64,000 bases of DNA from Eledone cirrhosa (Eukaryota): positions 114,390,001 through 114,454,000 of the forward strand of contig OZ024745.1 of the NCBI GenBank assembly GCA_964016885.1. Reading direction: 5' to 3'. Made by a program: the position numbers and the translations under genes. A model generated the notes under the pieces. The model saw only the letters and a list, made by a program, of their open reading frames with translations. It did no database searches and had not been told where the DNA came from. Each line of letters begins with the position of its first letter. Positions within the stretch are counted from its first letter, which is position 1. Below are positions 1 to 13,999 of the stretch, piece after piece.

Positions 1-864
<864 letters not shown>

Positions 865-925
865 TGGTTTTCAAACAAATGTAAGCGTAAACTCAAACAC
901 TGATACCGACACAGAAACCCTCATT

Positions 926-968
<43 letters not shown>

Positions 969-979
969 CTATATATATA

Positions 980-1024
<45 letters not shown>

Positions 1025-1064
1025 AGTATGTGTGTTTGAGTTTATGCTTACATTGGTTTGAAAA

Positions 1065-1107
<43 letters not shown>

Positions 1108-1845
1108 GTGTGTGTGTATGTGTATGTGTGTGTATGTGTGTGTGTGTGTGTCATAATCCTAGATATACAAAAATAAATGTTAGTCAGCTGAACCATAGCT
1201 GATTTGGGGATAAACATATCAGATGCAGATGGAGATCGAAGCGTTTAAACAGGGTAACTGAAGCTCAAGATTACTGGAGATTATTTTCGATAAAGAGGTG
1301 AGTGACACAGGCGCCATTTTTGATTATCAAGTATGACATGAACAACATATACACACATATATATATGTTTAAGTGTGAGAGGCTTCTGTCTCGGAGTTGA
1401 ACAGGATATCATTTTTGTAGGCTTAGTAATAGGTGGTAAGTGATTGGAGTTTTCCTCGACGTTCAGAAGGAAATGGGAGAACATTTTAAAACGGATTTAG
1501 TACTACTTTAGACATATTTAAGCTGTGTGGTTTTGTCCTTATACTAAACTGAATGTTTTGTTACTTCACTGTTCAGATTTGAAATCCTGCCGATATTGAG
1601 TACTGGTGGCTCTATTTGTTGACGATAACCTAAACCAAATAAGAAAGCGGGCTCTAAGGAGCCATAGGAACACATCAAGTAAGTTGACTTTGTAACACGA
1701 TTTCGATTCACACTTGTAGGTTATTAATTTCAATTGTGCCTGTGATATCCTCAGAAAAGCATGGATGTCTCGACATCGCATTTTTTTTTTTTTACATATA
1801 TTCATGTACAGCATTTGTAGCTAATTAACAACATATATTTTCCTA

Positions 1846-2155
1846 ATTTGCTTCCTCCCACATTCTGATGCTGCGATAAATGTGAGGGTCACTGCTTCTG
1901 TAGCCGAACAGAATAAAATTCTAAAGTACCACGAATTATCGGTAAACTATTTCTTCCAGCTTGTGGCGTTCGAGACGTTTGGGGGAGCTGGGCCGCTGAC
2001 AACAAAGTTTTTGTCATCGTTAGATTGTTAACGGCTTGCCTTACCGAGATGTCAGGTTATGAATGTGAAAGTGCTTGGTTGTTTCAGCGCCATAGCCTCG
2101 CCATCACCCGCGGTAATGCTGCAAATGTGTTGGCTTGCCTCAAAAAGTATTATAG
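1846..2155 (+). pseudogene. 3' fragment of CRE-type non-LTR retrotransposon (restriction-like endonuclease region)
   Basis: Manual translation gives AEQNKILKYHELSVNYFFQLVAFETFGGAGPLTTKFL, then after frameshifts AWLFQR...AITRGNAANVL. Confidence 0.7.
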
Positions 2156-2421
2156 GGCTTTCCGATACTCTTTGTCATGTGAAACCGATTGATACATTTA
2201 GTGTTAAATTGACGTTTTGGGGGGTTTTTTTTCGCTTTGATTGTATATTTTTGTGTATTATATCTATAAGGTTCCCTGAATTCTATTTTCTTTCGCTTTA
2301 CATATATTCTTGTATATACTCTCTAATATAATCTGATCCAGCCAATCACTTCAAACTTCTATTAAACGTTGTGTGGTTTAATCGAAAACAATGTAAATGG
2401 TTAATAAATCTCATTATCTTT

Positions 2422-2758
2422 GTGGATTGGCAGTTTCGGTAGAGGGTCGGACGCCATGCTTTGACGCATAGAGTTACGGCCCTTGTTCAAATCCCGCCGA
2501 GGTTAATTTTGCCTTTCATCCTTACGGGGTCGATAAAATAAAGTACCAGTAATACACTGGGTAATTGCTGGCCTTGTGCCAAAAGTAGAAACAATTATCT
2601 TTAGCAAGGATGTCATTCCCTATCATTATGTACTTTACGATCTGAGTTCAAATCCCGCCGAGGTTAACTTTGCCTTTCATCCTTACGGGGTCGATAAAAT
2701 AAAGTACCAGTAATACACTGGGTAATTGCTGGCCTTGTGCCAAAAGTAGAAACAATTA
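2422..2758 (+). mobile_element. Two copies (one partial) of the dominant tRNA-derived SINE
   Basis: A-box-like TGGCAGTTTCGGT, B-box GAGTTCAAATCCC and conserved body ...CCTTTCATCCTTACGGGGTCGATAAAATAAAGTACCAGT. Confidence 0.85.
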
Positions 2759-2805
2759 TTGTGTATTATTCAACATTTACTAAAAGTATAAACATTTTTT
2801 TTTCT

Positions 2806-2945
2806 TGGTGATTTCATACGAATGAAACAGATCTAGTCCTGTAGAAAAGTCATTTCTATATAAAATAAAGCTAACTGTACTGTACCAACGAATTAAGTAC
2901 TTTTAAACTGTTGTCAATTCTCGATCACCATCGGGAAGACACCCA
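2806..2945 (+). mobile_element. Diverged PLE terminus, family D-related
   Basis: GATTTCATACGAATGAAACAGATCTAGTCCTGTAGAA matches the family D HHR 3' half; ends at (TA)n. Confidence 0.6.
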
Positions 2946-3010
2946 TATATATATATATATTAAGAGAGGCTTAATTTGTGTAGTTGATCGATCATAGATG
3001 TGTGTATTGT

Positions 3011-3053
<43 letters not shown>

Positions 3054-3403
3054 ACATATATACATGTATATATTGTACCTTTTGATTTTTAATTTGTAAT
3101 TTTAATGTTGGTAAAGGTATATTATTATAATGTATTATGTTTATTGCATTGTGTTATATATAATTCCTGCTCTATATAACCAAATTTGTTTAGATTTAGG
3201 TTAGTTGCTTTGGACTATATTTGTAATATGGTTCTTAATGTTATCTACATCCTTAGTTATTCTTATTATTATATATTTTTATTATTTTTATTTTTATTTT
3301 CATTTTTATTATCATATATTTTTGTAAGACTTTAGTGTATGCACACTCCATATTCTTCAGAGTTTCCGGCTTGTATCTGCCGATATTACTTCTTGTTGTT
3401 TTG

Positions 3404-3448
3404 ATTGCCCTGATGAGTCCTTAATAGAACGAAACATTGTCGGCTAAT
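3404..3448 (+). ncRNA. Minimal type I hammerhead ribozyme in a PLE-like 3' end
   Basis: GCC-CUGAUGA-GUCC UUAAUA GAAC-GAAA-CAUUG-UC-GGC, immediately followed by AATAAA; one mismatch in stem II. Confidence 0.75.
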
Positions 3449-3592
3449 AAAAACTTTTGATGTATTAAAGGATTCTTTGTTTTACTCTCTTAATTTTTTG
3501 GCTCTGTTTAACTGCATTGAGCTATACCTTTTACTGTCATTTCTATAATACGAAGAGGGTGTTTAACTCCAACACGCTCCAGTATTCTAATC

Positions 3593-3624
<32 letters not shown>

Positions 3625-3625
3625 A

Positions 3626-4255
<630 letters not shown>

Positions 4256-4766
4256 GTGTGTGTGTGTGTGTGTGTGTGTGTGTCAGATCGCTCTCGAGTG
4301 CTATTGGTAACATGTATCCCAGTACAACCTGTCTCGTGGTCGGGTCGTCGGCGACTAAACCGGCATCCCCACCAAGCTTGCTTGATGAGGAGGGTGATAT
4401 TTGGACACCCTGCGGGATGAAATACAAGACCCGACAGAGGGTGGAGTCAAAGGCCAACCAATTTTTTTTTTTTTTTTTTGATACGGAGAGGTTAAACTCC
4501 GAGCCATAAAAAGCTAAGGGCTGTCGTATTTTCCGACGATAGGTGTTGTTAGTTCCAAAAAGTGTGGTTGGTCCTACACAAGCCTTCACCACTTTAAACA
4601 AAACTTTGTGTGGATAGTTCAACATCAGTTCACTTTCTCACCTTTCCGCCAGTCTTTTGCAGGTGGAGTCCCTGGGCGATGGGGATTGAAATTTCACATT
4701 AGACACCGCCATCCAGAGAGCTGAACTTTTGTTGGACACTCATACGTTGCATATCGACGGGAGAGC

Positions 4767-4810
<44 letters not shown>

Positions 4811-4813
<3 letters not shown>

Positions 4814-5264
4814 GTAATAATAATAAATTTGAAGACTAAAATCCAAAGAGGGCTCGATAAGGATAAATATATATCAGATATATAAGAACCGTAGAGCAAA
4901 TATTTTAATATATATATATATATATATATATTAAAATTACAGATTAAAGTTTAAGCAAAGAATCGCTGCTTTCACCCTTAACGGGATCTTCTCCGTTCTT
5001 TGCCAGGGAACGTTTCCACGAACCAAAGTATCGTCTTCCTGTATTCCTCCGGTTGCAACGTTTTTTTTTTAAATATTCACTTCTGCGTTCACAGATTGAC
5101 TTTGTTAGTTTCAGAAGATCTCGTTAAGAGTGAAAGCAGCGATTCTTTGCTTAAACTTTAATCTGTTATTTTAATAAATATTTGCTCTACGGTTTTTATA
5201 TATTTGATATATATTTATCCTTATCGAGCCCTCTTTGGATTTTAGTCTTCAAATTTATTATTAT

Positions 5265-5270
<6 letters not shown>
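4811..5270. mobile_element. PLE termini family E: tail-only remnant (4811-4910) plus inverted pair (4929-5270)
   Basis: 4929-4992 is the reverse complement of 5113-5177; 4811-4904 is the reverse complement of the tail 5178-5270. Confidence 0.8.
5107..5157 (+). ncRNA. Variant hammerhead ribozyme (family E)
   Basis: AGUUU-CAGAAGA-UCUC GUUAA GAGU-GAAA-GCA...UGC-UU-AAACU; the other arm has a compensatory CCC/GGG stem II. Confidence 0.65.
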
Positions 5271-5322
<52 letters not shown>

Positions 5323-5729
5323 GATCAAATGACGAAGTGCAATCTACATATCTAGTATTCCAGATATTCCATGATTCTGCCTACTTGAAGACCATTCAGC
5401 GAACTGAGCCACACATTTGTTTATTGTATCAGGTGTTGTATTGTAAGCTTGATGTTTTCTCAAATATCCAGTCTGTTCCAGTATGCTCGTAAGTTTGGTC
5501 GGAATAAGCGACTGCTGTTGTTCTGCACTTATCTCTCATGGGTGTATACAGCGTTTGAAGTTAAAGTGATTATTAATGTTGTTATTCGTGTATACATATG
5601 GTTTTTATGTTTGTTTTGAAATGAATGGGAAGGATGGTGTTTTCAAAATGACTTTGGGGTGTTGTAGATGTGTCTTTCTGTTTAATGGGATTGATTATGT
5701 AATTAATCTGAATGTGAGCTGAAGCTTAA

Positions 5730-6011
5730 TGTTGTAGAAGATCACGCCATCTAGCGTCGACTGTGAAGCCAGTCGATTAACTGCCCTTAGTTCTGCCGTC
5801 ACGTTCTGACGTCAGTTGTTGAGACAATACACTTGGACCATGGCAGCTCGGAGACAACAGACGTGCTAATCCCCGTGCAGTTTTCCACGCAGCGACATCA
5901 CACCATGCGGTCGTGGCATAATACGATAATGAACCACTACCCAACCTTGGAGCACTGATGTGTTAACCAGTATTTTGATTTGCTTTAAATAAAATGTTCG
6001 CGTAACATAAC
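5730..6011 (+). mobile_element. Possible solo LTR
   Basis: Starts TGTTGTA and ends CATAAC; AATAAA at 5988; imperfect 5-bp flanks CTTAA/CTTGA; higher GC than the surroundings. Confidence 0.3.
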
Positions 6012-6701
6012 CTTGAGGTATATTCTCTTTGTTGTTTGATGATGTGCCAGCCAGTAAACAATAACCAATTAGACGGGATGACCGACGACTATCCCCGCCT
6101 AAAATGTGGTAACATTATGGAAGTGGTCAGTTGGTGTGGTATATGAGAAGCCCATGAGGATATGAAATGTTATATTTTGCAAGGGGATGGGGAGTTAAGT
6201 GAAGATATTTGAGTAATAGACGTTATTTACATTATATATGATGCATCTAATGTAATGTTTGCCCGCTAGTGTTACTGTTTCTTTCTATTGGCATAATGTG
6301 ATGTCTGTGAAAGTTTGTCCACTCGTGTCACTGTTTCTTTCTGTTGGTATAACCTGGTATCTGTGAATGCTTTTTAAGTATTTGACAGTCATTTTGATTT
6401 ATTTAATGCGTTTTCTAAATAACTAGAGAACATGAAATGAAGGTAATTCGTAATATTTTTAGTCTATTTTTTTTTCACTCTAGTTTTTTTTTCAATCTAG
6501 ATGATTGATATAGAGTTGGAATAGTAATGCAATTATGTATAAGGAATAGTGAGCGATGTAGCTGAAATGCCTTGTGTGTGAGGTTGTCAATGGCTTATGA
6601 ATGCGATGAAAAGTCTTTAAGTAAAATTTAAAAAGAACGGAAGGGCACTTTCTGTGTAGCTTTTAAGGGAGCTACTACATTTATTCAGAAATACAGAAGT
6701 A

Positions 6702-6868
6702 CCGTATTTCCCGACGTCAAAGACGCTACTTTTTTCCTAAAATAAGTCTCAAAAATCTACCATGAGTCCTGGAGGTCGAAGGTTGTTCATTATTTTTTTC
6801 AAATTTTTGGTTGTCAAAATTAGGGTGCGTCCTCGAGGACGAAGCGTCTTCGGCGCCGGGAAATACGG
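6702..6868. mobile_element. Tc1/mariner-pogo-type MITE
   Basis: ~25-bp TIRs CCGTATTTCCCG.../...CGGGAAATACGG with a TA duplication on both sides. Confidence 0.85.
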
Positions 6869-7109
6869 TAACTAGTAATAGAGGTAAAAGTTTCGAGCAG
6901 TTAGGGTTGTGATTTTGTTGTTGTTTGTTAATGAAATTATCATAAAATCTTTACATTATCGGTCTACCTGTTAGAATTCGCTGTCACATCACCTCCAAAC
7001 ATAATAGAGAAAGTACTTATTGGAAAATCTAATTCAGTTCTTCACGCTTGTTTTTATAGGTTTACGCCTTTATATTTCTTAGATATCCTCAAGATATTGC
7101 TGCCATATG

Positions 7110-7410
7110 CAGCGACACATCCTCAAGCGGCAACTTGGTGCAGTCGACGCCTAACCCAGGCTCTACTGCACTTGGGCCGAGGGGCGTAAACTCTCCAAAT
7201 ACCGGTCGCTCCACGACAGGTTTGCGGTCGAGCTCGTGACAGTGGAAACTTCTGGTGTCCTTGGCCCTAGGGCCACCTCCCTGCTCACCATCATCGACAC
7301 AGTGTTGAATGCCCCCAGGTGTGAGCCTCGCGAGCTGGAATGGCTTTTCCAGCGAATCTCCCTCACTATCCTCTGGGAAAACGCCTTCTCCATTCTGTCG
7401 ACCGCGGCCG
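7110..7410 (+). pseudogene. 3' fragment of CRE-type retrotransposon endonuclease region
   Basis: AEGRKLSKYRSLHDRFAVELVTVETSGVLGPRATSLL...RELEWLFQRISLTILWENAFSIL. Confidence 0.75.
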
Positions 7411-8733
7411 TGGGGTGGCTAGCGCGTGGACCCCGATCTGCTCATAATAGTGAGAGATAGGCAGAGCGGGAGAGGCGGAGGTAGTGGCAGTGGGATTTTG
7501 GTTCTTTTGTGTTCAGACCTGGTGTGTATGTATATGTTTCACGGACACACACCCATGTATCTGATATTAGAATTGTATAATATAATTGCCTCCTTCTCAG
7601 AGAATATTGACCATCGAATCAAAGTGGCTGGTATTAAGCCGTCATTTTGACCTAGGAACTAATGTCAAGTTCAGAATGACATATATAACATCATATTTGC
7701 ATACAAACACACATGCGCGCGTGTGTATGTATGTGCGTATGTATGTGTGTGTGTGTGTATGACTATGTGTGTGTGCGATCTTTGATTTATGTCATCTCGA
7801 CATCTCATTTCTCTGTACATAAAGTTTTCTTTTTAACTCTTTTTTTTTCTAAAATCTTCTAAAGAAGTAGGACAAAGTGCGGTTACACTTTGTTAATTGA
7901 AATTTGATACGATCTAGTCGTTTTAAATAACCGCACCTCCACTTACGTACGAAGGAATAATACACACCAACATTTTAACAAAAAAGCAGGAAAGAAATAT
8001 AATTATTTACCATCCCACTACCGTGACGTGTGTGCATCATCAAATATCACAATGGTGTAGATAGAGTAAATTATAACTGAGGGCACTTTTTATCGTTTCA
8101 TAATTAGAAGCTATTTTTAAAAGTATTAAAGAATATGAATAGTCAGTCCCATGGAAAGATCAGTGTTTTTCAACCGGGGTCCATATAGTCCCTGGGGGTC
8201 CATAGAATTTTGGTGGTCCACACGTAAAATAGTAAGTCGGGGTCCCACGCTAGTATTTTATGGGGTCAATGAAAAAATTGTGCTTTCAAAGAAAATATCT
8301 TGAGCTTTAGAGAAAGAAAACAAATAAAGACAAAAACAAAAACAAAACAAATATAGTTAAAGTAGTTGGTAAAAAAAATACCGCGAGTAATTAAATTAAA
8401 TTAAATCAAAAGAAGTGATACTGGAGAAAAACAAAAACAACAACTGCCAAAACCTGTGGAGATGAAGCGTAAATAAATTCATACATAACACATATGTATA
8501 TATACATATATATACATATATATTAGTATTAAGGATACTATTTATGGCTATGTATATAATAAAACCTTTTATGGTTATATATTTCTTATATATAAACCCC
8601 AAATAGTGAAAGATAGTCATTCATTACTATCTTATTACCAGTAAGATAAATAGCTCAATGTAATAACATCAGTTGTTTTACAGAGCAGTTATATAGAGAT
8701 TACAATAATCAAAGTTCAGTTTAAATCATTTAT

Positions 8734-8782
8734 TTGCTTACAATTGTTTCCTCCAAACCGAGGTTTGGATTCTTCGGAGCAA
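8734..8782 (-). ncRNA. Hammerhead ribozyme family B (copy 1)
   Basis: Reverse complement of 9755-9803. Confidence 0.7.
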
Positions 8783-9754
8783 CTATTTAGTGATCTATAA
8801 CATACTTGACCTCCTTTTCAACACAAGAGACATATAAAAACACCTTTAGTACTTCTTAATAGACTACACTGTAATTTATAGATAAGTAACCTAATTTAGA
8901 AATTGGTTATAACCTCATATGATAGGGACTCAATTGAAACACCATTAATGTAATTTAGGATAATAAATTTAACTATGAAAATCAACTAGTTACCTCCCCT
9001 TACGCATTAACTCCCCTTACGCATTAACCCCCCTTAGTCACACACACACTTCTGGAATATAATACAATGTCACCTCACACAACTAAAACAACATCAAATT
9101 AAGAAACGACAAGATATGGTTTACAACTTGGTTCTCCAGACACCTAATCATCGTGGATTGTGTGATAGACCTGTAGTCTATATATTGCGTCTCATGGATT
9201 GTGTGAGTGGTGGTGTGTGCGAAGACAGTGGTGCTGTTTTGCCTCTTTTATAATATGTTTTATAATATGTTTGATATTTTTGATATTTTGGTGTTTCTCT
9301 ACATTCGGGATTGTATATCGTACAGGTGTATGCGAAAACATGATTTAACAATACGGCCCACATAATACTATTGATTGCCTGCTTTAACTGCCTGATTCTA
9401 TAAGTAACAATCTGCCGCACTCTAATCCTGTATAAATAAGACACGCGTGCATTCCACACGTGAGATTGTTTCATACACTGACTACTCTAAACTTTCCTCT
9501 TGCTTTATCTTCATAAACTGCCAATGTTTTATTTTTATTTTTATTTTTATTTTTATTTTTATTTTTATTTTTATTTTTATTTTTATATTTATTTTTACTT
9601 TTACTTTTATTTTAATCCTTTAACCTTTATATGTAAATTGCCATGCTATATCATTATGATGGATGTCAACCCACTGTGGGTCAATATATGCATATGTTTT
9701 TATATGTCTCTTGTGTTGAAAAGGAGGTCAAGTATGTTATAGATCACTAAATAG

Positions 9755-9803
9755 TTGCTCCGAAGAATCCAAACCTCGGTTTGGAGGAAACAATTGTAAG
9801 CAA
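9755..9803 (+). ncRNA. Hammerhead ribozyme family B (copy 2)
   Basis: UUGCU-CCGAAGA-A UCCAAACC UC GGUUUGGA G-GAAA-CAAUUG-UA-AGCAA, then AATAAA; palindromic ACAAUUGU stem III. Confidence 0.7.
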
Positions 9804-9920
9804 ATAAATGATTTAAACTGAACTTTGATTATTGAAATCTCTATATATACATATATACATATTTATAGAGAATGAATAATAACAACAGGTAGACATCATA
9901 AAAAGGTAATTTATTCTGTG

Positions 9921-10032
9921 TGCTTACAAATGTTTCCACGGTGGTTATACAGCCTAATTATGCTATGTGCAAATTTATAACTATTTGCAAAACTCAATTA
10001 TCAAATGCTGTGACCACTGTATCATCAGAGCA
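9921..10032 (-). ncRNA. Hammerhead ribozyme family A with ~85-nt stem II domain
   Basis: UGCU-CUGAUGA-UACAGUGGUCACAGC...GCUGUAUAACCACCGUG-GAAA-CAUUUG-UA-AGCA, then AATAAA. Confidence 0.75.
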
Positions 10033-10542
10033 GAATGGTTAAAATGTACAATGTAAATACCCTTACGTGAGGTTATTGGGAAAGATAGAGTAGAAAAGGA
10101 AGAGAGAAAAGAAGGGGAGAGGGAGAGAGAGAGAGAGATTTGCAGGGGTTGGAGAAATGGGAGAGAGTGGTTTGTAGATATCTTAATCAAAATGTTGTGG
10201 TAGGGGTTTTATTATACTGGTTACTCTTAAAGCGACCACCTTAAGCGATGCGTTGATAGTCAAGGTTGGAATTATTTATTGCCCCAGAGGGCAGGTTCAT
10301 AGATGTGGAGGGGGAGGGAGGGGGACCTAGGGCGAGAGAGAGAGGGAGTGGAATGGATAGAGAGGGAGAGATAGAGAGGGGACAGACGAAAGCTATGGGG
10401 TGGGTGTACATTGGGTTCATAGTAGTAATCTACGAATTGCACCAAGTTTCCATTTATAGTGATAAGCAGGGTATTGTCTTGTAGTGTGGGGGAAGAGAAA
10501 GTGGTTAGCTAGAAAGCAATGTTATAGTTACGGGTTCGAATG

Positions 10543-10888
10543 TTAAGTTATTTTATAGTGAGGTAATTTAGTCTTCAATTTGTGGTTGCAGTATAATGAT
10601 CGTTCGATTCTATCATTTAGTAATTTATTTTTGGATTTTAAGATGTAAAAGAGTTCAAGGTTACATAACCTACAGTACTTCAATCCACCCCGATATGCAC
10701 TAGCGCTGGAAAGTATATCCCATTTCAAGGTGAACTGTTGGTTGCGTTCACGGAGTTGCCAGGTCTTGTTGGCGAGCGTGGTCACAAAACGGTGATCAGG
10801 ATGTTTAATTGAGAATCGATGACGGTACCAGCGAGATTTAAAGGAGGTAGTGCTAGACCCGATGTAATAGACACGTTGAGCAACCTCT
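10543..10888 (-). pseudogene. PLE GIY-YIG endonuclease C-terminal fragment
   Basis: VYYIGSSTTSFKSRWYRHRFS...TTLANKTWQLR...KWDIL...YCRLCNLELFYI...LLNDR...CNHK. Confidence 0.85.
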
Positions 10889-10974
10889 CACCGTACGTCA
10901 ACTCTATCCAGTGTAGTAATTAACCATTACTGCATCCAGGATAATCCTATACCTAATATATACACACACACACA

Positions 10975-11012
<38 letters not shown>

Positions 11013-11321
11013 GCACACACACACACATATACATACATACACACACTTATAGGGTCCGGGTAACTATTTCAATCATATCTCATTTTGTTTGACCCGTTTA
11101 GCTCGTTCGCTTTTTTGGCTATGGTGGTTAATGGCTTCTTAACCATCGTCTCAGTTTTGTATGACCTTTTTAACTTATGTTTATAGCTCTGGTATCTTCT
11201 TCATATCCATGGAGCGCTTGTCTGCACAATATGGAAGTTGCGTTTCGCTAATTTCTACCCGCCGAAATGCGATTCTCGCTAAATTTATATTTGTATATAT
11301 ATATATATATTTATATATATA

Positions 11322-11838
11322 TTTCGTTTCTGAATTTGTTTAGCAAGATTCTTTATCTGAAAACGTGTGTTGAAACCGATATTGTTATACTTTGGGAGGG
11401 TCATGTTGCCAATAAGAAACACACGCACCAGTTGCTTTCACTCCAATTTATTATAAATTAAATTATAAATTTTAAAAATTTATAAATTTCTGGTTGGTTG
11501 GTTGGTTCCACAACTGGACGGTTGTTCATATATTGTCAAAGTTCTTTCGTCACACATTCTGTGACCTCTTCAGTGACTAGGGGATTCTTTTCTTTCTTTT
11601 GTGCCTCTCCTTTGTTCTGTCCTACGCCATCTTGTTTTTGTGACACACAAAAACAAGATGGCGTAGGACGAAAGAACTTTGACAATATATGAACAACCGT
11701 CCGGTTGTCGAACCAACCAACCAACCGGAAATTTATAAATTTTTTTAATTTATAATTTAATTTATAATAAATTGGAGTGAAAGCAACTGGTGCATGTGTT
11801 TCTTATTGGCAACATGACCCTCCCAAAGTAAAACAATA
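11322..11838. mobile_element. Inverted PLE terminus pair, family F
   Basis: ~11379-11551 mirrors ~11667-11838; tail 11322-11378; the same unit occurs at 41931-42520. Confidence 0.85.
11535..11577 (-). ncRNA. Minimal hammerhead ribozyme family F
   Basis: GUCA-CUGAAGA-G GUCAC AGAAUGU GUGAC-GAAA-GAAC-UU-UGAC. Confidence 0.75.
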
Positions 11839-11854
11839 TATATATATATATACA

Positions 11855-11990
11855 GTAGCTGAGGTACCCGACTTCGCCCGGGAGAACAGTTAAGAGAAGA
11901 CGGATAAAAGAGAAAATGACTGTATTGGGTGTGTTGCCTGGTGTGAGGTGAGACCGTAATGTGTGTGTAAGAGAGAGAGAAAGACACATA
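11855..11990 (-). mobile_element. Non-autonomous Helitron 3' end (extent uncertain)
   Basis: Homologous to 51205-51330 (TACCC..CTTCGCCCGGG hairpin, AAAAGAGAAAATGACTGTATTGG). Confidence 0.6.
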
Positions 11991-12337
11991 AAAAAAACAA
12001 TCATAAAACTTCCTTATTAGGGTGGGGGAGTAAACTACCGATTAAATAGAAGCATTGGCCCTGGATGCTAAATGTTGTGAAATAACCATAGTCAGTATGA
12101 TCTTTTTCAGCTCTAAAGGACGTTATCTGAAACACAACAATATACCGCATAACATAGCTTCTGGAGTGTTGCTTCGTTAGTACGTACTTCTCGGTAGAAT
12201 GTGGATAAAAGCTGGAAGGTAGATTAATTTCAAATAGTATCAATTTTTCTTTGTTCTGTAAAATCAAAGACCGTAAAACGACTTTATAAAAGCTAACGCA
12301 ATATTGTTAAACCTTCAACTGATACTTTTGTGGGACG

Positions 12338-12403
<66 letters not shown>

Positions 12404-12658
12404 AATATCTAACACTTTAATTGCATCTCTCTGTATAACGGCCTATCTCTTTCTTTCTGCCTCTCCCTCTGTGTCTATATCTCTCTTTAGATGTGTGTGT
12501 ATGTTGTATTTGTGTGTGCGTGCCTGTGTGTGTGTGCGCACGCGCGCGTCGTTTTCGTGTGATTCAACCAACTAATAAACATCTTTCTTAGGAGAAATAT
12601 AGGAGGTATGAGCCCGACTCAAGTATCGATCTGTTCCTCAAACTGGTGATGCGACAAA

Positions 12659-12695
<37 letters not shown>

Positions 12696-12813
12696 GATAT
12701 GTACATACATATACACACACACAAACGCACAAACACACACACACACACGCACACACACATACACACACACACATCTATATATATATATATATATATATAT
12801 AGGAACGAGTAGG

Positions 12814-12909
12814 ACCCCGACGGCTGAGCTCAAGCCGTTTCGACGGCTAATTCTGGACTAAATGAACATTTTTATCCTGGTAAATGAATAGCCGAGCTTC
12901 TCAGGGGGT
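12814..12909 (-). ncRNA. Hammerhead-like motif family C (copy 1)
   Basis: Reverse complement of 15092-15187. Confidence 0.65.
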
Positions 12910-13570
12910 AATATTCCATACATGGTAAAAGTGATTGTCACAAGGATTGGTCAAAAGTTTGTTGCTGAGACACATAATTCTATCATGGCATTTTGTGGAA
13001 GAAAGGGGTAGCTGAACTTGCCAGTAGAAGAAAGAGGGAGAGGGAGTGGAGGAAACCCAGTCGTGCATTGAAAGTGACGACTACAGCAGAATCCTAAGGA
13101 TAAGAGGTCAAGAGGGGGAGGGGGGAGGAAGTCGAAACAATAAGTAGATCTATATGGAGTAAATCTATATAGAAAAATAAGAATGTTAAAAATATAAAAA
13201 AACACAATTTCTGGTTATTATTCCCCTACCACAATCATAAAATCTCTCACTAGGACTATAGAAAAGTTTAATAGGTGGGGCGGAATACTAAATACGAGAT
13301 TGTAGTGGAAGAATTTTATGAGTTAGTAGTACTCGGCCTAATCTATCTTACAGTGACAGGTCAACAAGTAGGAGGTCAAAATACTAAAAAAAACTAATAC
13401 GAAATAATAATTCAGAGTCATTAATTCAGATCCCGAAAATGAATACTAATACGATATATAAGGGTGCCGCTACAATACATAAATTATAATGCAAACTACG
13501 TAAATGTTCGTACGATAAGAAAAAATTAATACGAAAAATTAATTCAGAATCCCCCCCTGTTGGATCCATT

Positions 13571-13999
13571 TTTCCCCTCGACAACAGATGCAGAGATCGT
13601 AATGTGATCTACCAGTGCAACGTGAGGACGGACACCTCCAACAAAGCTTATATAGGATTAACCGCTTGTGACTTCAAGACCCGGCTATACCGACACAGAC
13701 ATACTTTCCGAAACCCGGCCCGGCGTCACGCCACTACACTTTCGGGCCACATCTGGGACCTTAAAGATAACAATACAACCTATAATCTCACTTGGAGCTT
13801 TCTGTCCAGAGCCAACTCTTACACGGGAGGACCCCGTCCGTGTAACTTATTCTCGGAGGAAACATTACAAATGCTGATTTCGACGGACCAACTCCTAAAC
13901 AAGAAAGACGAACTGGTAACTGCATGCAAACACAGATTGTGTAGGACTTACCTCGCCCTCAAACCCCATAATGACCCGGGGGGGGGGGGGGGACTGTAA
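13571..13999 (+). pseudogene. PLE GIY-YIG endonuclease domain (truncated ORF end)
   Basis: PLDNRC...VIYQCNV...AYIGLTACDFKTRLYRH...TLSGHIWDLK...CNL..EE...LLNKKDELVTACKH. Confidence 0.9.

Larger units (their letters stand above)
8522..9845. mobile_element. PLE family B insertion with inverted termini
   Basis: 8691-8842 and 9695-9845 are reverse complements, each with an HHR; the decayed minus-strand interior has a YYVGR...RIHLYDI stretch weakly resembling GIY-YIG. Left boundary approximate. Confidence 0.7.
9864..10957 (-). mobile_element. PLE family A, 5'-truncated, with inverted tail fragment at 10886-10957
   Basis: GIY-YIG remnant, then 3' region with HHR; 10886-10957 matches the reverse complement of ~21041-21115. 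Confidence 0.85.

Noticed and set aside
1577-1678. Possible coding exon (TTCAG...GTAAGT)
   Set aside because: Stops in all three frames; at most a non-coding exon, with no support.
8161-8290. hAT-like terminus CAGTGTTTTTTCAACC
   Set aside because: No matching second TIR or TSD found.
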